A stretch of 64,000 bases of DNA, taken from the NCBI GenBank assembly GCA_963702005.1, contig OY969696.1:2688001-2752000 (forward strand), read 5' to 3'. The DNA is from Candidatus Aminicenantes bacterium. Lineage in GTDB: Bacteria; Acidobacteriota; Aminicenantia; Aminicenantales; JAFGBC01. The notes below the pieces were generated by a model, which was not told the DNA's origin, made no database searches, and saw only the letters and a list, made by a program, of their open reading frames with translations. This document shows, piece after piece, positions 9,293-20,365 of the stretch; position 1 is the first letter of the stretch; the number at the start of each line of letters is the position of its first letter. Both the position numbers and the translations under genes were made by a program.

Positions 9293-11092
9293 TCAGGAGG
9301 GTCTGACCTTCTCGGTCAGGAAGGCCTCGATCTGGTCGCCCTCCAGGAAGTCCTTGAACTTCTCGACCCCGATTCCGCACTCGTAGTCTTTCTTGACCTC
9401 GTTGACGTTTTCCTTTAGGTGTTTAAGGGAGGAGATCCGGCTCTTGAGGAGGACGTCCTTGCCGCGCAGGACGCGGACCTCGGCGTTCCGCGTGATCCGG
9501 CCGTCGACGACCAGGCAGCCGGCGATGGCTCCCACCCGGGGGATCTGGAAGACCTTGCGGACTTCGGCCCGGCCCAAATAGGTCTCCTTGATAACGGGCT
9601 CGAGCAGACCCTCCATGGCCTTTTTGATGTCGTCGGTCAGCTGGTAGATGACCCGATAAGTCCGGATCTCGACGTCCTCGGTCTTGGCCAGGGCCTGGAT
9701 CTTGGGGCCGGGCTTGACGTTGTAGCCGATGACGATGGCGTTCGAGGCCGAGGCGAGCAGGACGTCGGACTCGGAGATGGTGCCCGTCGCGGCATGGATG
9801 ATCTTGATCTTGACCTTGTCGCCGCTCAGGGAGGGGAGGAGCTCCATGAGGACCTCGACCGAGCCCTGGACGTCGCCCTTAAGGAGCAGGGGGAGCTCCT
9901 TGAATTCGCCGCCTTCGATCCGCTTGAACAGGTCGTCGAGCGTGATATGCTCGGCCTTGACCGGCTCCTCTTTCTTGACCTTGGAGCGGCGCTGCTCGGC
10001 GATCATCTTGGCCGTCACCACGTCGCCCACGACTTGGAACAAATTCCCGGCCAGCGGGACGTCCGCGAAGCCGAGGACCTCGGCCGGCAGGGACGGGCCG
10101 GCCTTGGGGAGCGGTTTCCCGTTCTCGTCGAACAGGGCCCGGACCTTGCCGAAGGTCATCCCCGACACGAAGGCGTCGCCCGGAAGAAGAGTGCCGTGCT
10201 GGATGACGACCGTGGCCAACGGCCCCTTCTGGGAATCGAGCCGGGCCTCGAGGACGATCCCCTGGGCCGGCCCCTTGGGATTGGCCTTGATCTCGAGCAT
10301 GTCGCTGAGGAGAATGATCATCTCCAGCAGATCGTTGATGCGCGTTTTCTGCTTGGCCGAGACCTCGACGCTGATGACGTCGCCGCCGTAATCCTCGACC
10401 AGGAGGCCCTCTTTGGACAGCTGCTGCTTGACCCGGTCCACGTTCGCCTCGGGCTTGTCGATCTTGTTGATGGCGATGATGAGCGGGACGCCTGCGTCTT
10501 TGGCATGGGCGATCGCCTCGCGGGTCTGGGCCATGACTCCGTCGTCGGCGGCGATGACCAGGACGACGATATCGGTGACCTTGGCCCCGCGCGCCCGGAG
10601 CTGGGTGAACGCCTCGTGACCCGGGGTATCGATGAAGGTTAGGGCCCGGTTGTTGTGGAGGACCCGGTAGGCTCCGATGTGCTGGGTGATCCCGCCCGAC
10701 TCCTTATCGACGAGGTGCGAGGAGCGGATCGCGTCGAGCAGGGTCGTCTTGCCATGGTCGACGTGGCCCATGATCGTCACGACCGGGGCTCGATTCACCA
10801 GCTCCTCGGGACGGCTGAGAGCCTGCTGCTCCATCTCTTTCTCGATCGTGACCAACTCGACCTGACGGTTCAGAATCTGGGCCAGGGCCGGCAGGGCGGT
10901 TTCATCGACGATATCCTGGGGATTGAGAAGGATCCCCTTGGCCCGAAGCTTCTCGCTGAGGCTCTTGGGACCGACCTTGGCCCGCTCGCCGGCCGCCTTG
11001 AGGGTCATGGCTTCGCGGAGGACGAGCTTGGGCCGGGGCTTGGCCGGGGCTGCTTCGACCGGTTTTGAGGCTGTCTGTGTTTTTTTGACCAT
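9293..11092 (-). CDS. infB: Translation initiation factor IF-2 (short N-terminus)
   Basis: [40 protein letters not shown]. Confidence 0.98.
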   Translation of the reverse strand: MVKKTQTASKPVEAAPAKPRPKLVLREAMTLKAAGERAKVGPKSLSEKLRAKGILLNPQDIVDETALPALAQILNRQVELVTIEKEMEQQALSRPEELVNRAPVVTIMGHVDHGKTTLLDAIRSSHLVDKESGGITQHIGAYRVLHNNRALTFIDTPGHEAFTQLRARGAKVTDIVVLVIAADDGVMAQTREAIAHAKDAGVPLIIAINKIDKPEANVDRVKQQLSKEGLLVEDYGGDVISVEVSAKQKTRINDLLEMIILLSDMLEIKANPKGPAQGIVLEARLDSQKGPLATVVIQHGTLLPGDAFVSGMTFGKVRALFDENGKPLPKAGPSLPAEVLGFADVPLAGNLFQVVGDVVTAKMIAEQRRSKVKKEEPVKAEHITLDDLFKRIEGGEFKELPLLLKGDVQGSVEVLMELLPSLSGDKVKIKIIHAATGTISESDVLLASASNAIVIGYNVKPGPKIQALAKTEDVEIRTYRVIYQLTDDIKKAMEGLLEPVIKETYLGRAEVRKVFQIPRVGAIAGCLVVDGRITRNAEVRVLRGKDVLLKSRISSLKHLKENVNEVKKDYECGIGVEKFKDFLEGDQIEAFLTEKVRPS

Positions 11093-11106
11093 GGGCTGTC
11101 TCTCGG

Positions 11107-12132
11107 TTAAAGTTCCTTAATCTCGATCTTCCATCCCACCAGCCATGAAGCGAGCTTGACGTTGATGCCCTTCTTGCCGATGGCCAGCGAGAGCTGGTCT
11201 TTGGGGACGAGAGCCTGGAGGACCTTCTCGTCCCTGTTGACGATGACGATTTTCTCGACCTTGGCCGGGCTAAGAGCCGCCTTGGCGTAGCCGCCCGGGT
11301 TGGCCGACCATTCGATGACGTCAATCTTTTCTCCCTGGAGTTCCTTGGAGATGGCCAGGATCCGATTCCCCTTGACGCCGATGCAGGCGCCGACCGGGTC
11401 GATATCCTTCTCCTTGGTCATAACCGCGACCTTGGCCCGCTCGCCGGGCTGCCGGACGGCGTCCTTGACGACGATGACCCCGGCCGCGATCTCGGGAATT
11501 TCGAGCTCGAGGAGCTTGTGCAGGAACTTGGGATGGCTTCGGGACACGAAGATTTGGGGGCCTTTGCTGCCCCTCTGAACCTGAAGGATGGCGGCCTTGA
11601 CCTTGTCCCCGCGCTTAAACTCCTCCTGAGGAAGCTTGTCGCGGAGGGACAGGAGGACGTCGGTCCCGTTGACATCAAGGACGGCGGCCTGGTTTTCGAA
11701 GCGGCGGACGATGCCGGTCACGATTTCGCCCAGGCGGGGCGCGAACTGGCCGTAGATCTTTTCCTGTTCGGCGTCGCGGACTTTCTGGAAAATGACCTGC
11801 TTGGCGGCCTGGGCCGCGATCCGGCCCAACGTTTCGGAGGGGAGGTCGATCTCCATCTCGTCGCCGATCCGGGCGTCGGCCTTGAAGGCCCGCGCCTCCT
11901 CGAGGGCGATCTCGCCGGCCAAGTCCCCGGGCTTTTCGACGATCCTCTTGCTGACATGGACCCGAAGCTCGCCCTTCTCGGGCCGGAAATCGACCGTGAC
12001 GTTTTCCTGATGAGTGAAGTACTTGGCCGATGCGACCCGGAGCGACTCCTCGATGGCGCCGATGATGATGGACGTCCCCAGGCCCCGCTCCTTGCTGAGC
12101 TGGAGGATCGTGTTCCAGACGTTGACCTTCAC
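11107..12132 (-). CDS. nusA: Transcription termination factor NusA
   Basis: GRIAAQAAKQVI, EIPEI, DPVGACIG, LSLAIGKKGINVKLA. Confidence 0.97.
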   Translation of the reverse strand: MKVNVWNTILQLSKERGLGTSIIIGAIEESLRVASAKYFTHQENVTVDFRPEKGELRVHVSKRIVEKPGDLAGEIALEEARAFKADARIGDEMEIDLPSETLGRIAAQAAKQVIFQKVRDAEQEKIYGQFAPRLGEIVTGIVRRFENQAAVLDVNGTDVLLSLRDKLPQEEFKRGDKVKAAILQVQRGSKGPQIFVSRSHPKFLHKLLELEIPEIAAGVIVVKDAVRQPGERAKVAVMTKEKDIDPVGACIGVKGNRILAISKELQGEKIDVIEWSANPGGYAKAALSPAKVEKIVIVNRDEKVLQALVPKDQLSLAIGKKGINVKLASWLVGWKIEIKEL

Positions 12133-12221
12133 TTGTCTATACCTCGGCGCCGGTCGGGCATGAGGGTTTTAGGAAAGGGCAATTATAATGGAAACGAATA
12201 AATATAGCAATCAGACGCGGC

Positions 12222-13571
12222 TCAAGACACGGCCGGCATGATTGAGCTGGGTCCGACCTGCTCGCCGCGGAGGCTGTAAGGACCGTATCCCGTGATACGG
12301 ACTCGGACGAACGGCCCTTCGGGTTCGGCGGCGGCGCTGAAGTTGACGACCTGGTTGCCTTCGCTCCGGCCCGCGTAGGATCCTGCGCCTTTCTTGCTAG
12401 GACCTTGGTACAGAACGTTCAAGGTCCGTCCCAGAAAGGACTTGTGGTATTCAAGCTGGATGCCCTTCTGGCGGGACTGGACGGCGATGAGCCGGTCCCG
12501 CTTGACGGCTGGAGGGACGTCGTCGGGCATCCGCGACGCGGCCGCGTAGGGCCTGGGAGAGTAGCGGAAAGAAAAGATGTTGGCGAAGCGGATTTCCTCG
12601 AGCAGGCGCAGGGTGTCCAGGAACTCGGCCTCGGTCTCGCCCGGGAACCCGACGATAATATCGGCGCTCAGGCTGATTTCGGGCATCAGCCCGCGCAGGA
12701 TCCTGATTTTGTCCAGGTATTCCTCGCGGTCGTATCCGCGGTTCATCCGCTCCAGGACCGGGCCGGACCCCGACTGGACCGGAAGGTGGAGCTGGCGGCA
12801 GACCTTGCGGAATCGGGCCATCGCCCGGGCCAGATCGGCCGAGAAAGTCCTGGGATGCGAAGTGATGAAGCGGATCCACTCGATTCCGTCCAGGGCGGCC
12901 GCGGCTTCGAGGAGGTCCGGGAAAGACCGGCCGGTCTCCGGGTCCCGGTAAGCGTTGACGTTCTGGCCCAGGAGTTGGACTTCGCGGACGCCGCGTCCGG
13001 CCAGCTCCCGGATCTCCTCCAGGATGTGCCTGGCCGGCCGGCATTTTTCGCGGCCCCGGGCGAAAGGCACGACGCAGTAGGAACAAAAATTATCGCAGCC
13101 TTCCATGATCGTGATAAACGCGCTCCGCGGGTCGCTGTGGAGAACCTTTCCGGCCGGCCACTCGCGCCAGAGGCGACTGTGCGACGTGACAAGAACCCGC
13201 TCCCTCCGCTTGTCTCGGACGATCTCCGGAATGAGGTCGTAGTGCCCCGGGCCCAGGACGAAATGAAGGCGTCTCTTCTTCTCCCAGAGGGCCGCTCTCT
13301 GGACCTGGGCGACGCACCCGACGATGCCGACCATGGCGTCCCTTCCCTTCGTCAGCTTGTCCAGCCGCCCCAGGAACGAATAGAGCTTCTCCTCGGCTTT
13401 GGCTCGGACGGCGCAGGTGTTGACGATGATAAGATCGCTTCGCTCGACGCTTTCGGCCTTGACCGCCCCTTCGGACTCGAGCAAGCCGGCGATCCGCTCC
13501 GAGTCGTTTTCGTTCATCTGGCAGCCGAAGGTCCGGATGAAGTAGGTCAGACCCCGCAGATCGTCGGCCAT
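12222..13571 (-). CDS. miaB: tRNA methylthiotransferase MiaB
   Basis: TFGCQMNENDSE, NTCAVR, GCDNFCSYCVVP radical SAM motif, C-terminal TRAM; start MADDL. Confidence 0.95.
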   Translation of the reverse strand: MADDLRGLTYFIRTFGCQMNENDSERIAGLLESEGAVKAESVERSDLIIVNTCAVRAKAEEKLYSFLGRLDKLTKGRDAMVGIVGCVAQVQRAALWEKKRRLHFVLGPGHYDLIPEIVRDKRRERVLVTSHSRLWREWPAGKVLHSDPRSAFITIMEGCDNFCSYCVVPFARGREKCRPARHILEEIRELAGRGVREVQLLGQNVNAYRDPETGRSFPDLLEAAAALDGIEWIRFITSHPRTFSADLARAMARFRKVCRQLHLPVQSGSGPVLERMNRGYDREEYLDKIRILRGLMPEISLSADIIVGFPGETEAEFLDTLRLLEEIRFANIFSFRYSPRPYAAASRMPDDVPPAVKRDRLIAVQSRQKGIQLEYHKSFLGRTLNVLYQGPSKKGAGSYAGRSEGNQVVNFSAAAEPEGPFVRVRITGYGPYSLRGEQVGPSSIMPAVS

Positions 13572-13585
13572 GGTTGGTTCGGATC

Positions 13586-14020
13586 CTAAAGAAGCTCTTC
13601 GAGAAGAACCGAGGCGGTTGCGACGTATCGGGGACAGACGGTCTGAAACAGGTTCCGGACCTTGGCCGCCTCCATGCCTTCCGGCGTCCCGATATGGACG
13701 CCGAGCAGAGCCGGGCAATCGAGGGAACCGTGGGCGGCGCGAAACCTGTCCATGAGATCGTTGACGAGGCGATAGGTCCTATCCCTGGCTTCGAGATCTT
13801 CCGGCCTGGTCCGTCCGTGCTTGAGCCCGATGGCCAGGAGCGCTCCGGCGACCGCGCCGCACAGCTCGCCCCGATGGGCGATGCCCCCGCCGAAAGGCTG
13901 GGCGATCTTAAGGGCCGCGGTCCGGGCGAGTCCCGCCTCATCGGCGAAAGCGGAAAAGACGGCTTGAGAGCAGCTGAAACCTTCCTTGAAGCAGGCGACG
14001 GCTTTTTCGGGTCGGGTCAT
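13586..14020 (-). CDS. C_GCAxxG_C_C family putative redox protein
   Basis: CSQAV, GGG..GELCGAVAG, C..LLG, C pattern. Confidence 0.88.
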   Translation of the reverse strand: MTRPEKAVACFKEGFSCSQAVFSAFADEAGLARTAALKIAQPFGGGIAHRGELCGAVAGALLAIGLKHGRTRPEDLEARDRTYRLVNDLMDRFRAAHGSLDCPALLGVHIGTPEGMEAAKVRNLFQTVCPRYVATASVLLEELL

Positions 14021-14025
14021 CGTCC

Positions 14026-15708
14026 TTAAACCTCCTGATTCCGTTCGAGCATCTCCCGGGCGTTCCGGAGCGAGGTTTCGGTGATCTGGCTTCCCGAGAT
14101 GAGGCGCGCGACTTCGGCGACGCGCTCCTCGAAGTCGAGGGCCTTAATGGACGTGAAGGTCCGCTGGCGATCGATCGTCTTCTCGATCCGGAAATGATGG
14201 CGGGCGAAGGAGGCGATTTGGGGAAGATGGGTGATGCAGATGATCTGATGGGTCCGGGCCAGGTCCCTGAGCTTTTGGGCGATGGACTCGGCAGTCTTCC
14301 CTCCGATCCCGGCGTCGATCTCGTCGAAAATGAGCGTTTTGAGCCGGTCTCGCTCTTTACCGATGGATTTGAGGGCCAGCATGACCCGGGACAGCTCCCC
14401 TCCGGACGCGATGCGGCGGAGCGGCCTCAGCTCTTCGCCCGGATTGGGGGAGATGAGGAACTCGACATCTTCACAGCCGAGGTCGCGGACCTTGTCCGGG
14501 TCCGAGGCCGAGGGAGGGACGGTGACGAGGCTGATCCCGAACCGGGCTTTATTCATGCCCAACAGGGCGATCTCTTTCTCGACGAGCTTTTCGAGCGCCC
14601 CGGCCCCCCGCGCCCTCGCCCCGGACAGCTCTCGGGCCAGTGAGGAATATTCCGCGAATCCCTTTTCGATCAGCGCCTGGAGGTCCCCGAGCTTCTCCTG
14701 GCTGGCGGCCAGGCCGGCGGCTTCCCGCCTGGCCTTCTCGGCGAAGGCCAGGATCTCGGGAATGGTCGAACCGTATTTTCGCCTGAGCTTCTTGATCTTG
14801 CTGAGCCGTTCCTCAAAAAGTTCGAGTTTCTCGGGAGACAGGCTCTGCCGTCCTTGGAAGCGGATGAGGCTGTCGGCGAACTCGCGGGCCGTGATCGCGG
14901 ACTGGGCGAAAGCCTCCCGGAAAGGTTCGAGCGACGGGTCGAAAGCGGCCAATTCGGCCGTAACGGCCTCGAGCCGGGAGAGAAGCGTCGATAGGGACTC
15001 GTCCTTGGCGTAAGCCAAGTCGAGGCCCTTATCGAGGAGCTGCCCGATTTTTTCGGCGTTGCGGAGGAGGGTCCTCTGCCGAAGCAGGTCCTCATCCTCG
15101 CCGGGCTGGAGGGCGGCATCTTCGATCTCCTTGATTTGGTAGGAGAGAAAATCCAGCCGCTGAGCCCGCTCCCGCTCGCGGGATTCGAGCTCCCGCTTTT
15201 CGCGCAGGGCCGCCTTCAGGGCTTGGGCCGCCCGAAGGACCTTGTCCCGGAGCGGCAGGCCGTTGATGAAGGCGTCCAGGTAGTTGAGCTGGTTTTCGAG
15301 ATGGAGTAGAAAGACATGATCGTTCTGCCCGTAAATATCGACCAGGTCGCTTCCCATCTCCTTGAGTTTTTTGACCGGGACGAGGACGCCGTTGACGAAG
15401 ACCTTGCCCGTGCCCTGTTCGGTCATCTGGCGATGGATGACGAGCTCGCCCCCTTCCTCGGCGACGAGCGCTTCGGCGGCGGCCGGCGGCCGGTCGGGGA
15501 TCCGGAAGACGCTTTCGACCGAAGCCTCTTTTTTGCCGGTCCGGATGAGGTCGGCGGCGGCTTTCTCGCCGCAGAGGAGCCGGATGCTGTCGATGATGAT
15601 CGATTTACCGGCGCCCGTCTCTCCGGTCAGGATCGTGAATCCGTCGGCGAATGAGGTTTCGAGCTCCTCGATCGTCGCCAGATTTTTAATCTTCAGGTAG
15701 CTGATCAT
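14026..15708 (-). CDS. recN: DNA repair protein RecN
   Basis: LTGETGAGKS, ASGGELSR, FDEIDAGIGG, ITHLPQIA. Confidence 0.97.
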   Translation of the reverse strand: MISYLKIKNLATIEELETSFADGFTILTGETGAGKSIIIDSIRLLCGEKAAADLIRTGKKEASVESVFRIPDRPPAAAEALVAEEGGELVIHRQMTEQGTGKVFVNGVLVPVKKLKEMGSDLVDIYGQNDHVFLLHLENQLNYLDAFINGLPLRDKVLRAAQALKAALREKRELESRERERAQRLDFLSYQIKEIEDAALQPGEDEDLLRQRTLLRNAEKIGQLLDKGLDLAYAKDESLSTLLSRLEAVTAELAAFDPSLEPFREAFAQSAITAREFADSLIRFQGRQSLSPEKLELFEERLSKIKKLRRKYGSTIPEILAFAEKARREAAGLAASQEKLGDLQALIEKGFAEYSSLARELSGARARGAGALEKLVEKEIALLGMNKARFGISLVTVPPSASDPDKVRDLGCEDVEFLISPNPGEELRPLRRIASGGELSRVMLALKSIGKERDRLKTLIFDEIDAGIGGKTAESIAQKLRDLARTHQIICITHLPQIASFARHHFRIEKTIDRQRTFTSIKALDFEERVAEVARLISGSQITETSLRNAREMLERNQEV

Positions 15709-15710
15709 GG

Positions 15711-17094
15711 TCAGGGGAGCGGCGCGGGCGGTTTGATCCTAAGCGGGACGATGGCCTTTTCCATATTGAGACGCCCGGCGCCGATGGTGGCGTCCGTTCC
15801 GGGAAAAAGGCCCGCGTTGACGTCGTCGGCCGAGAGCCGGATGATCTCCATGACTTCGGACGGTTTCAGCCAAGGTTTGACGGCGCGGAGGAGGGCCGCC
15901 AGGCCGGCGACATGGGGGGAGGCCAGGGAAGTCCCCGACGCGTAGGCGTAGGGCAGGTAGCCCGGCCCCCAGAACCAAGTCGGAACCGAGCTTATGATGC
16001 GGTCGCCGGGAGCGGCCACGTCGACTTCAGGACCGGAGTTCGACCACTCGGGCCTCAAGTCATTGTAGTCCGTGGCGGCTACGGCCAGAACAATATTCAT
16101 CATAGGCGGCCGGGAAGAAGACGGGACCGCCCCCGTTCCCGGCAGCCGCGACGATGACGACGTTCTTTTCATAGGCGTACTTCAGGGCTTCTTTGAGGGT
16201 CTCGGACGGACTTTCTCCTCCCAAGCTCAGGTTGATGACCTGGGCGCCGGAGTCGGCGGCCCAGATGATCCCGGCGGCAACGTCGGCAGCCGTTCCAAGG
16301 CCCTTCTCATCCAGGACCTTTACGGGCAGGATGGGGGATGCCCAGGCGACGCCGGCGATCCCCAGGCCATTTTGGGACGAGGCTGCGGCGATGCCCGCCA
16401 CCATCGTCCCATGGCCCTGGTCGTCCGAAGCGTCATCGTCGCTATTGACGAAATCGCGGCCGGCCGACGTGACTTTGGCCTTCAGGTCGGGATGAGACAT
16501 GTCCACGCCCGTGTCGAGGATTGCAATAAGGACATCGGCCGAACCCTGGGTCTCCTCCCAGGCCGCGGTGGCCTTGATGTCCGCGCGCCTCGTCCCCTGA
16601 GGGCTCCCGGGCGGGCCGATTTCCTGGCTCGAGTTGAAGAGCGCATATTGATAGCGGAACAGGGGATCGTTGGGTGTGGTGACCATCCAGACCGTCGCGT
16701 TGGACTCGGCGAAAAGGACATCGGGATTTCGACGGAGCGCGGCGGCCATTATGTCGGGATTTTCGTCCGAAGGAATTGCGGCCCTGGTAACGCCGATGGC
16801 CGGGATCTTAGCCAGCGGCCGCGAATGATAAGAGGCGAGCAGCGTCCGAACCCGCTCATCACCGAGCGAAGGCTTGAACTTGACCAATACCTGGCCGGTA
16901 ACGCGGGCGTCCGAGGGCCTGGCCTGAAACGGCTGGCCGCCCGGAAAGGGACGCAGTTTGGGGATCCATTCCTTCCGGTTTCTCGGCCCGTCGCGGTGGT
17001 CTTGGTGCCGGTCGAAGCCGGAAGACCAGACGGCGCCGGCGAGGACAAGAGCGAAGGCCGCCCATCGTTTGACCGCTTGTTCCCGCATAGCCAT
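15711..17094 (-). pseudogene. Subtilisin-like S8 serine protease split by a one-base frameshift near 16090
   Basis: Asp (ILDTG), His (GHGT) and oxyanion (AAGN) are in ORF 16060-17094, while catalytic Ser (SGTSLASPHVAG) is in ORF 15711-16172; coding text TAT TGT TCT GGC becomes in-frame ..CTG GCC GTA when one T is removed. Confidence 0.82.
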
Positions 17095-17108
17095 TCCGCT
17101 CCTTGCGC

Positions 17109-17882
17109 TCAGAACGTCGCCAGGGCCTTGAAGCGCGCCCCGAGATCGATATGCGTCCGGGAAGGCAGGAGATCGACCTCTGCGGCGAAACTCAGGCTGG
17201 AGAGGGGCCCGATCCGGAGGCCGGCGACGGCGCCGAAGCGTTCTCTGGCCGCCACCTTTTTCGTCTCCGAGCCTCCCAGCCGCGAAAGCGTCTCTTCCAT
17301 CCTCAATTGACCCCAGAGATTATTATAATAAACGATGATATAAGGAACGAAGGGGGCCCAAGCTCTATAGCGGATAAAAGGCCCGGCGGCGGCGGACATC
17401 CAGCGCGGCTCGGCCCGGACCGTCCCTTGATCATTGAGCCCTTCGATCTCCTTGCTTTTTTCCCGTCCCCAAAAGACGACGAAGCGAACCTCGGCGCCGA
17501 TCTCAAAATCGCCCGGACTAAGGAGCGTCTTTGTCATGCCGGCGCCCAAGAGCGTCCCGGTCATCCCGCCCGCCTGCCATTCCAGGGAGAAGGGGAGTTT
17601 CCTGAAAACGATTCCGTCCAGGCTCGATGATGCATAGCCGGCGACGGCCGAAACGATCAGCCCTTGCTCGACGACATATTCGGCTTGAAAGGTCGCGGCC
17701 AGGAGTCCGATCTGGGAAGCGCGTGCCGCGCCGTCCCATTGGATCGTCCGCAGGAAATACTCGGCCCCGGGCCCGAACGACCAACGCCCCGGTCCGGACG
17801 GGGCCGACGATGGGCTCGGGCTGGCTGCGGCGGCCAGGCTTAGGACGACCGCGATCGCGAACGTTTTCCGGATCCAAACCAT
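17109..17882 (-). CDS. Exported hypothetical protein, probable outer-membrane beta-barrel
   Basis: Signal peptide (MVWIRK..LAAAA), amphipathic strands, C-terminal Phe; in the bamD operon. Confidence 0.6.
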   Translation of the reverse strand: MVWIRKTFAIAVVLSLAAAASPSPSSAPSGPGRWSFGPGAEYFLRTIQWDGAARASQIGLLAATFQAEYVVEQGLIVSAVAGYASSSLDGIVFRKLPFSLEWQAGGMTGTLLGAGMTKTLLSPGDFEIGAEVRFVVFWGREKSKEIEGLNDQGTVRAEPRWMSAAAGPFIRYRAWAPFVPYIIVYYNNLWGQLRMEETLSRLGGSETKKVAARERFGAVAGLRIGPLSSLSFAAEVDLLPSRTHIDLGARFKALATF

Positions 17883-17907
17883 CGGGCCTTCCGCTCCCGC
17901 GCCGACT

Positions 17908-18717
17908 CTATTTCTTGTTCTTGGGCGCGGCTTTTTTGGCCGCCTCGAGAATCTTGAGACTTTCCTGGGCCTTCTTGACAAACTTGCTTTTAGGGTAGTC
18001 GCTGACAACCTTGATGAAATAGGCTTGACACTGATCGGTCTTGCCCCACTTCAGGTAAGAATCGCCCAGGTAGAAAAAGACCTCGTCCATCCGGGAGTAA
18101 GCCGGGTAGGTCTGCAGGATTTCGTTCAGGCGCGAAACGGAGGCCGAGAAGGCCCAGACGTGGTGGTAGTGGACGGCGATGCTGAGCGAATGCTCGGCCA
18201 GCCGCTCTTCGCAATCCTTGATCTTGTCCTGAGCCTGCCGGGCCTCATCGCTGGTGGGGTAGGCCGAAAGGACGCGTTTGAACTCGGCCAGAGCCTGGAT
18301 CGTCTTGGTTTGATCCCGGCCCGGCTTGAGGACCTTCGTGTAGAAGGACATTGCGATGTGGAATTGAGCGTAGGGCGCCGAGGGGCTATAAGGGAAGAGG
18401 GAAATGAATTCCCGGTACTCGGCCGCGGCCAGGATCATGCTTCCCTCGTCGCCCTTGTCAAAGTAAGAATCGGCGATGAGGAGCTTGGCCCTTTGGGCAT
18501 AGAACCCCTTGGGAAAGGACTCGATGACTTGTCGCAGGTACAGCCGGCCCTTTTCCGCGTCCTTTTTAATGGCCTGTTCGCCCATTTTAAACAGGGTTTC
18601 CTCGGAGCTCCCCTGCTCGGGCGTGAGGGCGGTCTTTTTGGCTTTGCAGCCGGTCGAGGTCAGCGCCGCGGCACAAATCGCGATGCCGATCAAGATGACG
18701 AGCGTTCGTTTTGCCAT
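17908..18717 (-). CDS. bamD: Outer membrane protein assembly factor BamD
   Basis: Lipobox STGC; TPR helices; YREFISLFP, RDQTKT..ALAEF, LAEH motifs. Confidence 0.9.
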   Translation of the reverse strand: MAKRTLVILIGIAICAAALTSTGCKAKKTALTPEQGSSEETLFKMGEQAIKKDAEKGRLYLRQVIESFPKGFYAQRAKLLIADSYFDKGDEGSMILAAAEYREFISLFPYSPSAPYAQFHIAMSFYTKVLKPGRDQTKTIQALAEFKRVLSAYPTSDEARQAQDKIKDCEERLAEHSLSIAVHYHHVWAFSASVSRLNEILQTYPAYSRMDEVFFYLGDSYLKWGKTDQCQAYFIKVVSDYPKSKFVKKAQESLKILEAAKKAAPKNKK

Positions 18718-18751
18718 AGATGTATGTCCTCTCGACGTGATAGCGGCGTCC

Positions 18752-19711
18752 TTAATGACCGTAGAGAGCACGGATCCATTCCCATTCCCGGGCCAACCCC
18801 TCCCGGAGGTCCATGCGCGGCACGAAGCCAAGGTCGGCCTGGGCCTTTCGGATGTCGGCAAAAGTATGGGGGACATCGCCCTTCTGGCGTTCGACCCACT
18901 GAAGGCGGGGCTCGTTCCCCGTGATCTCCCGGAAAAGGGGGAGGATGTCCTTGAGCTTCTCGCGGTGGCCGCCCCCGACGTTGTAAACCTCGCCGGCCTT
19001 GTCCAGGTCGAGGCAAGCCAGGTTGGCGGCCACGATATCATCCACATAGGTGAAATCCCGGGTCTGGTTTCCGTCGCCGTAGATCGGGAGCTCCTTGCCC
19101 TCGGCCATGGCCTTGAAGAACTTGTGGAAGGCCATGTCCGGGCGCTGCCCCGGCCCGTAGACCGTGAAGAAACGGAGGGCGACGGTCGGGACGCCGTAAT
19201 TCTTGTAATAGAGGAAGCAGAGCTGTTCGGCCGAGAGCTTAGTGACTCCGTAGGGAGAGAGGGGATAGCAGGGGCTCGTTTCGGAGGCCGGAAGATCGGG
19301 GGATAGCCCGTAGACGGAGGAGGAGGAGGCGTAGACGAATTTGCGGAGGGCGGACCGTCCCTTGGCCGCCTCGAGCAGGCCCTGGCTGGCCTGAATATTG
19401 TTCCGGAGATAAATCGAGAAGCTCTGTCCCCAACTGGTCCGGACGCCGGCCTGGGCCGCCAGGTGAAAGACGACCTGGGTCCGGCCCAGGAGATCAGCAA
19501 GATTCAAATCGTTGAGGTCGGCCTCGATGAATTCGAACCCGGGATGGGCGAGGAGCTCCTTCACGTTTCGTTCCTTGATCCAGCGCGGGTAGAAGTCCAG
19601 GAAGGCGTCGACGCCGATCACGGAATGGCCGGCTTTGCAAAGCTCGAGGGAGAGCCGCGACCCGATGAAGCCGGCGGCGCCGGTCACGAGGCAGGTTTCG
19701 CCGCGGCTCAT
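18752..19711 (-). CDS. NAD-dependent nucleotide-sugar epimerase/dehydratase
   Basis: TGAAGFIG, HLAAQAGVR, ASSSSVYG, YGVTK, RFFTVYGPGQRPDMA. Confidence 0.93.
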   Translation of the reverse strand: MSRGETCLVTGAAGFIGSRLSLELCKAGHSVIGVDAFLDFYPRWIKERNVKELLAHPGFEFIEADLNDLNLADLLGRTQVVFHLAAQAGVRTSWGQSFSIYLRNNIQASQGLLEAAKGRSALRKFVYASSSSVYGLSPDLPASETSPCYPLSPYGVTKLSAEQLCFLYYKNYGVPTVALRFFTVYGPGQRPDMAFHKFFKAMAEGKELPIYGDGNQTRDFTYVDDIVAANLACLDLDKAGEVYNVGGGHREKLKDILPLFREITGNEPRLQWVERQKGDVPHTFADIRKAQADLGFVPRMDLREGLAREWEWIRALYGH

Positions 19712-20364
19712 GGATTGGCCGCCTCGCGCATCCGCTTGATCATGGCGATCGGATCGGGCGATCCGAAGATCGAACAGCCGGCGACCAGGATATCGACGCC
19801 GTCCTTGGCCAAGGCGGCCGCATTGCCCAGGTTGACGCCCCCGTCGACTTCGACCTGGATATCGAGCTTCAGGCTTCGGATCCATTCCTTGAGACGCCGG
19901 ATCCTGTGATGGGTGGCCGGGATGAACGACTGGCCGCCGAACCCGGGGTTGACGGACATCAGGAGGACGTAATCGAGCTCGGGCAGGATTTCCTCCATGA
20001 GGGACAGGGGCGTCGCCGGATTCAGGACCAGGCCGGCTCTCCTCCCCAGGTCTTTGATGAGGACAATCTCCCGTTGGAGATGGGAGGCCGCTTCGAGATG
20101 GATCGAGATCCAGTCCGCGCCCGCCTCGCTGAAGAGGGGGACGAAAAAGGCGGGATTGCGGACCATGAGGTGGACGTCGATCGGGAGCGTCGTTCGTTTG
20201 CGGACGGCCGCGACGATCTCGGGGCCGAAAGAAAGGTTGGGGACGAAGTGGCCGTCCATGATGTCGACGTGGATGAGGTCGGCCCCGGCCGCCGCCGCTT
20301 GCTCGACGGCCCGTTCGATGAAGGCGGCGTCCGCCGCCAGGATGGAGGGGGCGATTCGAACCAT
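19708..20364 (-). CDS. rpe: Ribulose-phosphate 3-epimerase
   Basis: IAPSILAAD, HVDIMDGHFVPN, MSVNPGFGGQ, VDGGV. Confidence 0.97.
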   Translation of the reverse strand: MVRIAPSILAADAAFIERAVEQAAAAGADLIHVDIMDGHFVPNLSFGPEIVAAVRKRTTLPIDVHLMVRNPAFFVPLFSEAGADWISIHLEAASHLQREIVLIKDLGRRAGLVLNPATPLSLMEEILPELDYVLLMSVNPGFGGQSFIPATHHRIRRLKEWIRSLKLDIQVEVDGGVNLGNAAALAKDGVDILVAGCSIFGSPDPIAMIKRMREAANP

Positions 20365-20365
20365 G

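Noticed and set aside
15711-16172. Independent 153-aa gene
   Set aside because: It is the out-of-frame C-terminal part of the S8 protease.
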